Assembly (NCBI RefSeq): GCF_902652985.1
Contig: NC_047019.1
Span: 43,400,001-43,464,000 of the forward strand
DNA from: Pecten maximus
Taxonomy: Eukaryota
Direction of reading: 5' to 3'
DNA: 64,000 nt
Part shown: positions 26,006 through 38,625 of the stretch, one piece after another
Numbering within the stretch: position 1 is the first letter of the stretch
How the letters are laid out: each line of letters starts with the position of its first letter
Program-made: the position numbers and the translations under genes
Notes under the pieces: model-generated
The model's database searches: none
Told to the model about the DNA's origin: nothing
The model's input: the letters and a program-made list of their open reading frames with translations, nothing else

Positions 26006-27958
26006 TTTCGACATAATGTAGAAATACAATAATTACTTTGCCTGCATGCAGATCATACAACCTGTCTTCAAAAACCATAAAATAATAATGGGTTTCAACA
26101 GGAATAATATAGAGATCTATCGTCATTAGGTTTGCCGATTGATCACGCACGACAGGAACAACACGACATATAAACAAAAATGTTTGCATAAGACTTATAC
26201 AGAGCACAATCACAAAGACTGAAAGGCACATGATCATACTTAACATTAATACATAAAGAATATATACTTTGAGACCATTGACTGTAATATCCGTAAGACT
26301 GTAGTAATTCAACACATGAAAGAAATAGTTACAAAAGTAAAAAGATACAATGTAACGAAATTCTGATAACTGCGATTGTATTTTCCTGGATGTTGTCATT
26401 AGTTTTTACCTACATACGTACATTGATACGATCAATGTAGATGTAAACATACATAAATAACAACTTACTGCTTAATCATGTATTTTCTTTAACATGTATT
26501 TAATCTGATAATACCAGCTGGGACGAAGACGAAGAATCGCTGTATATTATCTAGTATCTAAGCTACCAGTAGCCCTCTTTATAAAGTTACATAACAATAC
26601 AAAAAGAAAGTATCTAATTGTAGATCAATATACCGATGTCGTGTTAAACATGGACGAGTGACTGGTGAAATCCACAATCTACTGAAAAAGAACAAAACTA
26701 CATGTACATCAGTACATGTGTTTTTTTCTGACCTCGATTCTAATTGAAGGTTGAAAATGATCAACCTTGGTTACCTGGAACCTTGTCAAGTAAGTACCTA
26801 GTATTCAAGCATTGGATAGACCATGATTTTAGACTTAGTCTTATTGATTTTATCGATCAAATTACTCCAATACCTTGTTTAAAGAGAACAAAAATATAAC
26901 TTTTCATTTGTAAAATACAATCATCAGTAGGAAAAGGAAACTTACACAAGTAATACAATAACAACATCACATGCATTGGTTCTTTTACAATATATATTAA
27001 TAAATGATATTAAATTATGAAAATGCAAGGAAGCTGATTGATTTTAATCAGTCGGAATGTTGAGAATGTGGTTCTAATGGTTAGAATCAACTTATTATAG
27101 CTTCCTTGACTACGCAAACTTGAATTATATAGGCATGTAAGGTTTATGCCCGTGATTCTACAATTGTACAGACTTTTTGCACTGGTTGATAACTGGTATA
27201 AACAAACACGTAAAACTCATACTGACATACATTGTAAAGTGTATGTTGCATTTTTTAGCTGTTCTATAGACTTTATGTAATCTACATATGATGTCATTAT
27301 ACCCTTTCCTTATTTTACACTATATAAAAAGAAGAAAATAGAAATGCTATTTGAACCACATCGTCCCAAAATGCTCTAAACCATATTGGTAGTCAAAGGT
27401 GTTATTTACCCGGAATGAGCGCATTAATATTTTCGCCTTTTTTCTTCATTCATTCTGATTGACAATGCATACGCGTTTTCGAGACGAAGCAGACACAGTT
27501 TGTTTACTGAAATGGTTCCAGGGAATGCTACAGGAACATTTCGGAAAATGGCTTTATCTACAAGTTTCGGTAATCTGGATGAAGAAGTGCTGGAGAGGAT
27601 TTTTTTTTCTGAAAAAGTCAGCACTAACACACAACGAGTAATAAAAACGCCAGGTAGCATGCTGTTATAACTGTATAATATATATTACTAATATGAAATA
27701 GAGTTTACACACATATATATACATATCATGAATCATGCGCGTCAAAGAATAAAGTTAATCGCTGGCATGCTCCTGGGTGAACGAGCCCCATAGACGGTCC
27801 AGTTCCTCGTCACTCGATATATGCGCGATACGACCAGTTGTTGTAATAACCCAAATTTTCCTATTGGGAAATCTGTCCATGGATATGAATGGGCATCGGC
27901 AAGCTCAATCTAATTTCCATCGATTCCATTTGAAGTTGTTATTGAGCAGCGTGTAACT

Positions 27959-30595
27959 TCAAATACAAATAGTCTCTTGGTTTTCCTTTACAGATTTCTG
28001 TTGGAGATTTCCGTTGGAGATTCCGAGTTCGATTGTGTTTCTAGTGTGTTCTTTATGCCCGATGCAGTTAACTTCAATATCGCACAAACCACATATTTCT
28101 CTTTCCTGGCATTCGGGAGACTCATGTTCAACATTACATAGACTTATTGAAATCCTTTTCTTAGAGTCGTCATTCCACTGATCGTCATCAAGCGACCCAT
28201 TCGCGTATTCATAGGCGTTCAGGAACGTGGTTACAAATACTGGTATGATGAGGGAAAATAACACAACTCCTGACAGAGCACAGATACAGCCAATCAACTT
28301 TCCCAACACCGTCTTCGGTACCATATCTCCATATCCTACCGTTGTCATGGTTACGATACTCCACCACCATGCCGCGGGAATGCTGGGAAAATCCGATTTA
28401 TTTTCAACAAAGTAGATGAAGTTGGAGAATAGGCACATTGTTACCATGACGTACATGCCTAGAACGCAAATGTCTTTCATACCAGTAACAAGGGAATAAC
28501 GAAGGACCTTAAATGCTTTGATATGTTCTATTGTCCTGAAGAGACGAAATACACGGAACATTTGTAAATAAAGGAGCAGGTCGTACACCACGGTCATAGT
28601 CTCCATCAAATCACTCCGTAAATCCAACAAAATTCTCCCGAAACTGCCAAGGAGAAGGATTAGGTCTAACCAGTTCAGCACGCCGCTGAGAAACTCCTTT
28701 TTGATCGGACATGTGATGAGTCTGAGGACAAACTCAACACTAAAGAATGCCATTAGGACGTACTCCATGTAATAACATATAACATTTTCTAAATATGTTA
28801 TGCTGTTTAGCTTTAGTGATGAGGCGAATGAGTACAACTTTTCCTTGGAATTTAAGACTGTATTCAAAACGAAGTCACTCAGTTTCACCTTGACACTTAG
28901 ATGATCTGCTGTGATATTTATTTTAACAGTTTTGATTTTTTCAAAACTGATATTTGAAGGACTAAGCCTGTGATCAGCAGTAGTATTTGGGATAGCACTA
29001 GCCATGTCTTGGAAGGAAGAGTGTGGCGTGACGTTAACAAACCCTGAAAATGCCTTCATTTCATTTAATCGGCTTGTTTGATTGATAGCACTATCATAAT
29101 TATGATAGGTAAAATCAGGTATTGGTATTGTAGATTTGTCTACATCATAAACGTCCTCAGAGTCCTTGTAGTCAGTAGGGGGTTCGACCATCTCATTCGC
29201 TTGTATTGCGCTTGGCTGTAATATATAGAACAAACAACATTCTAGGATTTTCAGGTGAATGTCTGTATTTTCTACTCTCAAATTGGTTCTTCTATTTGGT
29301 ATTTGCCCCGGGCTCGTGCCGTTTAGGTGACAGCAGGGATCACAATTCACGTAAATAGAAACTGGAGGGTATATCAGTTCGGTTGGTTCAACATTACCGA
29401 CACCAGGCGGCGTAGTGGGATCTTCGGTAGCGGTAGGTTGACTGATATTCGATAACGGATTAAGGGTTGTCGACACATTCAAGTTAACTGCTGATGCAGA
29501 CATATTCTGATGTGCGGTCTCTTGCACGTCTGTCATGTCGGGATACTGTCCTGTATCTTGTACGTCATTCATGCTTGTAAGGGCGAGGATAGCAATCGTC
29601 ATCAGTACAAAGGTTGTTGAAACACAGAAATACACCTGGAAATACATTTGTCATATCAACAAGTCCATACAACAGTATATACCACTATACCAGCGTCATA
29701 TTGTCGGATCAGTAGTGACAGAGAAATAAATGTTAGAATCAATTCCAAAAGAAGAAAAATAAAAAAATAAATTGTAACATTCTTCATGATATACTTAACG
29801 TATGTCTAGAAAATATTGTATGTCACAATAGGATTACTTTCAGATAAAATCTATAGATTTTAATTTTAGTAAAATTTGAGTTAACGTTTAGATAACACCA
29901 ATATTCGAACTTGTGTAAGGTAAGGTCTAATATAAACATACTTGCTCTTTGATCAAGCATATTATTGCAAATAAAAACGTTTACTAGTGATGACAATGAT
30001 TGTAGGTTAACATTAATCAACATGTTGAAATGAAGTTTTACAAACAATATTCATAAACACTTGTTCTAGAAATCAAGTATTTATATAAGTATACCTCTAT
30101 CGTTTCTAATTAGCATCCTAGCTCGGAATTCATCACCACATGACATACTTTTGAACACGTTGAATTTCGATCACAGTTGACAATACCCCATATTTTTTCT
30201 TTTGCGTTCACGTTTCGCCCAGCACTGCTATTTTCTGGTTTCTTGTGCATATTTTCGAATCCTTTGAGCATTTTCTGATCGTTCACGAAAGCACAGAGCT
30301 TGTGATAGCAGCATGTTTCCAGCAGGCTGTGATTCACTCCCCAGAACTTCAGCTCTGTTAGAAACACGCCCTTGCAGATACTCTTAGGAATGTGAAGCTG
30401 TCCGGTATAGCAGTATTCTATCAGAGCCATGGTAGAGTCTTTGGGCCTCCTAATGACGTATTTCGTGTACGTATCTGTCCGGGATGTTGTGTCTATAAAC
30501 ATTTCAATTTTGGAACCAAACGTTTTGAGAACAGATTCGATGGGGATCACAAACTGATCAGCACCGATCTGGAGAATGCACTCTTTACACACCAT
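27959..30595 (-). CDS. Kv-like channel copy 3 (~707 aa)
   Basis: Exon 1 30595-30149 (149 aa T1, HIPKSIC..CCY), exon 2 29635-27959 (558 aa); same intron position and phase; intact TVGYGD. Confidence 0.92.
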
Positions 30596-30989
30596 ACTGT
30601 CGTCCTACAGACGCTCAAATTAGATAAACACGGAATATGTTATTGTCTTCACCCTTTTTGATTTCCGCTGTATATAATGAGCCACTTCTCAGACGTGTAT
30701 ACACATATTGTCCTAGTGATTGATTTCAGGGGCTCTTTACTAGTTAATGATCTGATGAAGACTTCTGTAATGCTCAAAGTGTAGTCATAAATATTTAAAA
30801 TGGTTAAATCCAATACATTGCACTTGCTATAATGCATATTGATGTAGTGTTATTATAGGCATTTAGGCCGCGCAACAACAGACATGAAGAATGTCATACA
30901 TTGCAAACCTCGCTATCGCTCGCACAGATTTGCAAACGAAACCTTTGTTCTAACTCAATATCGATCAAATGAAAGGGAAAACGAACAAC

Positions 30990-32692
30990 ACATGGATTTG
31001 AATGGGGACCGCTTTAAAGTACATGGATTTGAATTGACACCTATGTAAATGACACGGAAGACCTCTGTAAAGGACATGGATTTGAATGGATGACTCTGTA
31101 AAGGAGATGGATCTGAATTGACACCTCTGTAAAGGACATGGAAGACCTCTGTAAAGGACATGGATCTGAATACAGGCCTCTGTAAATGCCACGAATTTGA
31201 ATGGAAACCTCTGTAAAGGACATGGATTTGAATGGAGAACTATGTAAAGGACATGGAATTTGAATGGAAACCTCTGTAAATGCCATGGATTTGAATGGAG
31301 TACTCTGTAAAGGACATGGATTTGAATGTAAACTTCTGTAAAGGACATGGAAGACCTACGTAAAGGACATGGATTTGAATGGAGAACTCTGTAAATGCCA
31401 TAAATTTGAATGGAAACCTCTGTGAATGCCATGGATTTGAATGGAGAACTCTGTAAAGGACATGGATTTGAATGGAGAACTCTGTAAATGCCATGAATTT
31501 GAATGGAAACCTCTGTAAATGCCATGGATTTGAATGGAAACATCTGTAAATGCAATGGATTTGAATGTAAACCTCTGTAAAGGACATGGAAGACCTCCGT
31601 AAAGGACATGGATTTGAATGGAGAACTCTGTAAATGCCATGGATTTGAATGGAAACATCTGTAAATGCCATGGATTTGAATGGAGAACTCTGTAAAGGAC
31701 ATGGATTGGAATATAGACGTATGTAAAGGACATGGATTCGAATGGAGAACTCTGTAAATGCCACGAATTTAAATGGAAACCTCTGTTAACGCCATGGATT
31801 TGAATTGACACCTCTGTAAATGCCATGAATTTGAATGGAGAACTCTGTAAAGGACATGAATTTGAATGTAAACCTCTGTAAATGCCATGAATTTGAATGT
31901 AAACCTCTGTAAATGCCATGGATTTGAATGGAGATCTCTGTAAAGGACATGTATTTGAATAGAGACCTTTGTAAAGGACATGGATTGGAATGTAAACCTC
32001 TGTAAATGCCATGGATTTGAATGGAGAACTCTGTAAAGGACATGAATTTGAATGTAAACCTCTGTAAATGCCATGAATTTGAATGGAAACCTCTATAAAA
32101 GACATGGATTTGAATGGAGAACTATGTAAAGGAGATGGATTTGAATGGTGACCTCTGTAAAGGACATGGATTTAAATGGAGGACTCTGTAAAGGACATGG
32201 ATTTAAATGGAGAACTCTGTAAAGGAAATGGATTTAAATGGAGGACTCTGTAAAGGACATGGATTTGAATATAAACCTCTGTAAATGCCATGGATTTGAA
32301 TGGAGAACTCTGTAAAGGATATCGATTTGAATGGTGACCTCTGAAAAGGACATTGATTTGAATGGAGTCTTCTGTAATGCTCAAAGTGTAGTCATACATT
32401 GTAAATATTTAAAATGGTTAAATCCAATACATTCTGTAAAGGAGATGGATTTGAATGGAGACCTCTGTAAAGGACATGGATTTGAATGGAGACCTCTGTA
32501 AAAGACATGGATTTGAATGGAGACCTCTGTAAAGGACATGGATTTGAATGGAAACATCTGTAAATGCCATGGATTTGAATGGAGAACTCTGTAAAGGAGA
32601 TGGAATTGAATGGAGACCTACGTAAAGGAGGTGGTATTGATTGGAGACCTCTGTAAAGGAGATGGAATTGAATGGAGACCTCTGTAAAGGAC
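30990..32692. repeat. ~31 bp satellite (ctctgtaaaggacatggatttgaatggagaa / ctctgtaaatgccatggatttgaatggaaac variants)
   Basis: More than 50 units; produces the overlapping repetitive ORFs at 30955-32861. Confidence 0.95.
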
Positions 32693-33075
32693 AGGGAGAA
32701 TGAGACCAGGTGTTCCGGAAGGGTAAATGACTTCTGAGACATCGACAAAACCCGCCTTGTAGTCTGGGCCCTAATCTCTCAACAACGATATGTATGGTGG
32801 TGACAGCGGAACCACAAAGCATATCATCAAACACCCTTCTTCCTGACGTCATATCGCACAAGGGAATATAACAACATGTAGACTATAAAACTTCCCGTAA
32901 TAAAAAAGACCTTACACATGTCGAAACCTTGTTTGAGTTTTCCTGTCCATTATCGACATCTAAACAGGAAATCGTGACACTACTGATGTGAGCTAATATT
33001 ACTCTCCTGAAATGCAAAGTTACCAATTGGTAACAGGATTATTCTGCACCTTACTTGTAAGTTAGACAAAAAATA

Positions 33076-35388
33076 CGGAAGCCTGTAAGGGTCACAGCGA
33101 ATAAATATATTATGTCTTTATACCGACTTAGCTATGTCGTATTATTATACCTCAGACTTGTATCACAGCTTCTGATTAGTGAAAACCATGTCACGTGATT
33201 AAAAACATTCGTTATGTCAACCACAACTTTCCAAATAATTCATTATTTACTTGCTGTCGCTTTCGAAACATCATGTCACCCTCTGAATATCATAATGTCA
33301 CCCTCTCGTGAGCCCTCCGAAATCGTCATGTCACCCTCTCGTGGGCCCCAACTCGGAACTCTCTTCCGTAACGTCTTTAAAAGTAGTCGAATCAGAGGAG
33401 TTCCGAGTATTCTGCTTGACAACAACAATGGCTGTCGGCGGACGCTATCGTCTGCCAACAGAGGAGGAATTGGCGAAATTATTGCAAGAAAAGGATTCTA
33501 AAAACACCAAAAGGGTCATCAATGGGGTCGTGGATTCCTTTACACATTTCCTATCTGCAACAGGTAGGCCTAGACCAAAGGATTGTGAAAACTTCGACGC
33601 CCATACATTGAAAGTTCGACTGGGAGAATGTTATGCCGGGTCCAGAAAGACGATGGGGTACCTCTTAAATTTTTTTCTTAAAAACTGTTGATAGTAATAA
33701 ATAAACTTATTGATATCAAAATTAATTCACTTATGTTTTTTTCGGTATAATAAAACAATTACTGCCCTTGTTCCGGGTTGACATGAATATTTGACCACCC
33801 GAGAGGTGTCATGTCACCCTCTGGCTACGCCCTCGGGTGACATGACACCTCTCGGGTGGTCAAATATTCATGTCAACCCGGAACGAGGGCAATAATTGTA
33901 TAATAACGACTTAGTATCTCGTAATAACGACTTAGATATGTCGTAATAACGACTTAATGTCTCGTATTAACGACTTAGCTATGTCGTAATAACGACTTAG
34001 TTTGGCGTAATAACGATTTAATATCTCGTAATAACGACTTAATATCTCGTAATAACGACTTAGTTATGTCGTAATAACGACTTAGTATCTCGTAATAACG
34101 ACTTAGTGTCTCGTAATAAAGACTTAGCTGTGTCTTAACTTAGAGCAAGTTATCTGTTGGGACATGTGACTTCATTGGATTGATCAGTTTCAGTTTTTGA
34201 CTGCTTATTATCAGAAAAGATTGCACATACTTTTATAAAATCTCATTTTAATTTAGTTGTACATTCCAATGTAGTAGAATCTAGTCCTTGTGCATTTTAC
34301 TGTTTGGAACTGACCAGAATCACAATATGGCCACCAAGTGGCCATCTCAGATTTTGAGAGTACACAAAAACTGGTAATGTTCAACTGGACTCTTCAAGTT
34401 TGGTACATTATATGCATATACTAAAAGTTCATCTTGGAATAGTGGAGCGCAGTGTAAAATATGACTTAGTAAGTCATTAGTATCTAAATATTATATACGT
34501 TGTTTGACATCAGATCAACACATTTGATTTTAATGTAATGACTGTTTTTTCATTGTATTTTATCTGTCAGATCGCATCGGTAACAACCCTTTGTAACGGA
34601 TTTCGGATCTTTATCTTGAGAGGGTTCCTTTTATAACAAGACAAAGTTAGAGTTGTACCGTTTGCAACGTACACAAGACATGCAGAGATGATTTCGTGAT
34701 GAAATCATGCTAAACCGGATACGTTTACGGTACAATTTCCCATTCGTGTAAGGAAGTATATGACCCGGGATAATGACTTTAGGGGATTATGTCAAGCGGA
34801 TATAAAATTCATCTAAATTGCACTGACACTAGCTATTCATATTTGATATTGTAACGTGCATGAATTTCGGTTAAGTATGTTACTTATTCAACACAGTCGC
34901 CCGAGTAAGCTACGTTTTTGTGTTTAAACTCGTCTTATGTTTAATTACCATAGCATTCGTGGCTATCTTCTTTACTTCAGTACTCTACTCTACAAGAACT
35001 GTGTGAATATATACTTCACAATTATTGTATCCTTATACATGTGTGTACGCTTATATATAAACTACGTAACCGATAATTATGTTTGAATTCGTGCTACAAA
35101 AAGTGAGTGACGTATTATATAAAGACATCATAGATAAAAATCGGTTAATTAATCCAAATTACGAATACATAATGGATTAACCAAAGTGAACAAAGTAAAA
35201 AAAACACACTTCGAAATAATTAAGCGAACGAAACCCCGTCGTTGTTGATCTGTTGTATATTTGTGCACGCAATAATACCACACAGATGACTTGCTCCAAG
35301 TTAAGACATAGCTAAGTCGTTATTACGAGATACTAAGTCGTTATTACGACATAAAATATTTTTTCGTTGTGACCCTAACTGGCTTCCG
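33076..35388. mobile_element. TA-flanked non-autonomous DNA transposon with long TIRs containing ~21 bp subterminal tandem repeats
   Basis: Left TA+cggaagcctgtaagggtcacagcgaataaata, right ttttcgttgtgaccctaactggcttccg+TA. tcgtaataacgacttag repeats at 33900-34130 are mirrored at 35310-35350; cttaacttagagcaagttatctgt (~34135-34157) is mirrored at ~35283-35306. Confidence 0.8.
33145..33903 (+). mobile_element. Crypton-like (tyrosine-recombinase) non-autonomous element nested in the left arm of the TA element
   Basis: ttatac...gtataa termini. ORF from ATG 33428 (RYRLPTEEELAKLLQEKDSKNTKR..F..FL..L..CYAGSRKTMG) resembles the N-terminus of Crypton/DUF3504 proteins and is truncated. 145 bp subterminal hairpin at 33755-33899. 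Confidence 0.7.
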
Positions 35389-36171
35389 TAAAAAAATGTA
35401 TTCAAATAGGCAAAAATAGTATATCAAAATAGTATTTTACTGTACAATCGACCAAAACACCTTATGTTTGTCATATATTATAATATTACTTTGATTTCTC
35501 TTGAAAATACAGGAAGGCGATACACTGGGCTCACAAGGTAAAACATATAACAATATCGATATGTAATGATTTCACTACAGTGTATTGAAATGAGTTTTAT
35601 TATTACCATTATTATTACAAAATGTATATATTTTCCCTTTAATACAGAGCTTAGTGACAACAATATAGAAATAATCAAATATTCCTATATACTTCAAGAT
35701 ATTTTGGGAATTTGCCGAGGAAACTTTATACTTTTGAAGAAAGTCATAATATGGGTATACATAGAACTGAATTATAGAAATACATTTTCTAGAGTAAGGT
35801 TCAGTGGCAATTTGAATGTATATAAAACTGCCTACCGTTCTACTTCTATAAATACAGATTTTCAGTATAAGCTGGTTCACAGATAGAGTCCACTGTAATC
35901 CATGTTGTCGTTTATATGTAATTAATCTAGGCATCCGTATAATAATTATGATATATAGTAGAGTGGACATATTTCTTTGAACAATTCATTTTAAGAAGTA
36001 TCAGTATACGGGTAGTTCAGACCCTTATGTTGAATATTCGTACTAAGTAAAACTATGACTCGGCTCTCAGAGGAAATTTTACATTTAAAAAAAATTAAAG
36101 ACAATCCCTTTCATTTGCACTTTCATACGGTTGATGATATTCCTATTCCTTGATTGTTTGAATTATGACAT

Positions 36172-36448
36172 TCACAATAGGAGACTTGGACCAAATCTAT
36201 AGACCAATAAGATAACGTAAATGCACCCATTTATTGTGAAATTTTGTAAAGTCATTTTATTAATAATGTATTCTTCTGTTCTAAAGTAGTATTCAATTTC
36301 CTTCTTAAATCCGGAGATAGAAGGCAGTGTGTGTTTGAGTTTCTGTTTGTATATATGTATCTTTGGTGATATCATTAGCATGTTATTTTGTTTTAATTTA
36401 TGGTCAAGAAAACCTAAAGTTAAAGGGAATAGAAATACCTGTATGGTT
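36172..36448 (-). mobile_element. 3' fragment of an L1/Tx1-like ORF2
   Basis: KIHIYKQKLKHTLPSISGFKKEIEYYFRTEEYII resembles the C-terminus of L1/Tx1 ORF2. Confidence 0.55.
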
Positions 36449-37335
36449 ACAAGATACAATATACAAGAATTTTCATTTAACGTCGCATATTAAAAACAGT
36501 AAACATTAGCGCTGTAGCGCTATTCTTGCGACAAACATAGTACTAAGAAATGCAATATCATATAGTTAAGATATACATGTCGCGTACAGGAATCACAGAA
36601 GAAACGATACCGAATTACAAACAGCTAAATTAAGAATATAGTTATACACAAATCAAAGAAGGCATATACATGAAAAGGAACAAACGAGTTACAAGCAAAC
36701 ATACAAGATACAACAAACAAAGCAGCATATTAAATAGTAAATTATCACAGAATAAGTATAGTGTTTAAAATATTCTAATATAAATTTCATAAGTTTCATA
36801 ATATAGAAATAATATTGAACACTTGCATATCACACAAGTATTACTAACGGATCAGGTTACAGCACTATGATAGTCTAATGTACATACAATGCTAATGTAG
36901 CAAAGGGTAAACATTGATATAATATACACTAATATAGTGTGAATAAAAACAAGAGATAATGAAGTTGGTTGAAATAGAATTACTATGGTTATAATCATAC
37001 TGTTTAAAGTTTGGTTAGGAAAATATACTGCTGCTAAGTTAATAATGTAAAAACAAAGAAGCGAAAATAAAACACATGTACAGGTTGGCCATAGTATCAG
37101 GACACCAAAAGCAAACACACAGGGCTAGGTATGTCAGAAGGACTATGCATGCGCGCATATGGCACACATAAACAGTTTACCATCCCAGGTGCGCAACAGT
37201 CTGCGGAAACTCTGGTAGTTTTCAGCCTTTCTCAAGTCGTTTGGCAGACTGTTTCAGACCCGGGCGGCCTCAAAACGGAATGAATTCTTACCATATCCAG
37301 TGGTGTTGACTTTAGCATCTTGAGGGTATTTTCAT
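36449..37335 (-). mobile_element. 5'-truncated CR1/L2-group LINE: ORF2 C-terminus, 3' UTR and (TCTTGTA)-type tail
   Basis: Minus strand KVNTTGYGKNSFRFEAARV*NSLPNDLRKAENYQSFRRLLRTWDGKLFMCAIC (~37310-37155); tail ttcttgtatattgtatcttgta at ~36449-36470. Linking tail to ORF is inferred. Confidence 0.65.
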
Positions 37336-38264
37336 TTCATTTCATTTCATTTTCATTTTCATTTGGGTTACTACCCACAGAGCTAACGCTTCTCAGAAGT
37401 TTAATAATGAGGGACATTCCGAAGGTAAGCTAATAATTGAATCAACATTACTATTTCAGAAAGAACAGAATGGAGAATTTCTAATCTTTATTGTATAAAG
37501 AAATTTGTGGCTATTATCCTGTGTACAATTCTATACTGAAACCATCGGCGGTTGGAGTTGTATTTTGTGTTTATCACAATAGTATTTATTCTCGTCCACC
37601 AAAATTGATCGTATTGTACGTGAAAATCCATTTGTATTGAATACTTGTATTTATGTTTTATTGTTTAATAAAGAGCATATATATATAGTCTGCTTATTCG
37701 AAAGACAACAAAATACAAAAGCATACACACGAACATTAACATATATTTCAGCTATAAAAAGTGTTGGATATATCACTGTCATAATGACATGGCATTTCTG
37801 GTGTAAAAAGTGCCACCAGACCTAACTACATTTGTCTTCTCGCTGTTTTTTCATGTGTAACTAATTATTTGTATAGACCACAGTATTCGTATATAATTAT
37901 GTGTGATATGTGACCTATATGTAAAGATATATTTCCCCCCACACTGGTTAGCAATGTATGTTCTTCGACACTTCTGGAAAACTATTCGGTAAAGTAAGTA
38001 AATTTTATTCGTATAACTATTGCCATAGATGCGTTTTTATACCGTTCACACCATTTTACTATAGACTAGTGTAAATTAAACTAGTTAAGGAAACAATGAG
38101 TATGGATGATCATAAAATAGTATCTACCCATGCTTATATATTGACAAAAATATAAACCACATTTTAAAATGGGGATGAGACTTCATACCTTATTTCTGTA
38201 ATGTGGTCATGATTGTCCTCGGTATGATCAGTTAATTATCTACATGTACTACATAGTTAACGAA

Positions 38265-38565
38265 TGGTGTGGATGATAAGAAAACCTCCGATACCATTGG
38301 GATGAATGTTGAGATACAAATGTAGCCTCAGATACTGATGGAATGAATAATGAGATAGCCTCAGATACTAATGGAATGAATTATGAGATAACTTCAAATA
38401 CAAATGGGATGGGTAATAGGATAACTCTCCGATACGAATGGGATGGTTAATGAAATAGCCTCGGATACGAATGGAATGGTTAATAAGATAACCTCGGATA
38501 CAAATGGGGTGTATAATAAGATAACATCTGATACCGATTGGATGGATAATAGGAAACTTCCGAAG
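38265..38565. repeat. Degenerate ~33 bp tandem repeat just downstream of the Kv copy 4 stop
   Basis: About 8 units of gataacctcggatacnaatgggatggntaataa. Confidence 0.7.
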
Positions 38566-38625
38566 CAACTTTGATAATGAGTCAGTATAAAGGTAACTTC
38601 TTAGTGACCTTCTCTTAAGATAGTG

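Noticed and set aside
30955-32861. Many overlapping 70-250 aa repetitive ORFs
   Set aside because: They are translations of the 31 bp satellite in several frames, with no splice or domain evidence.
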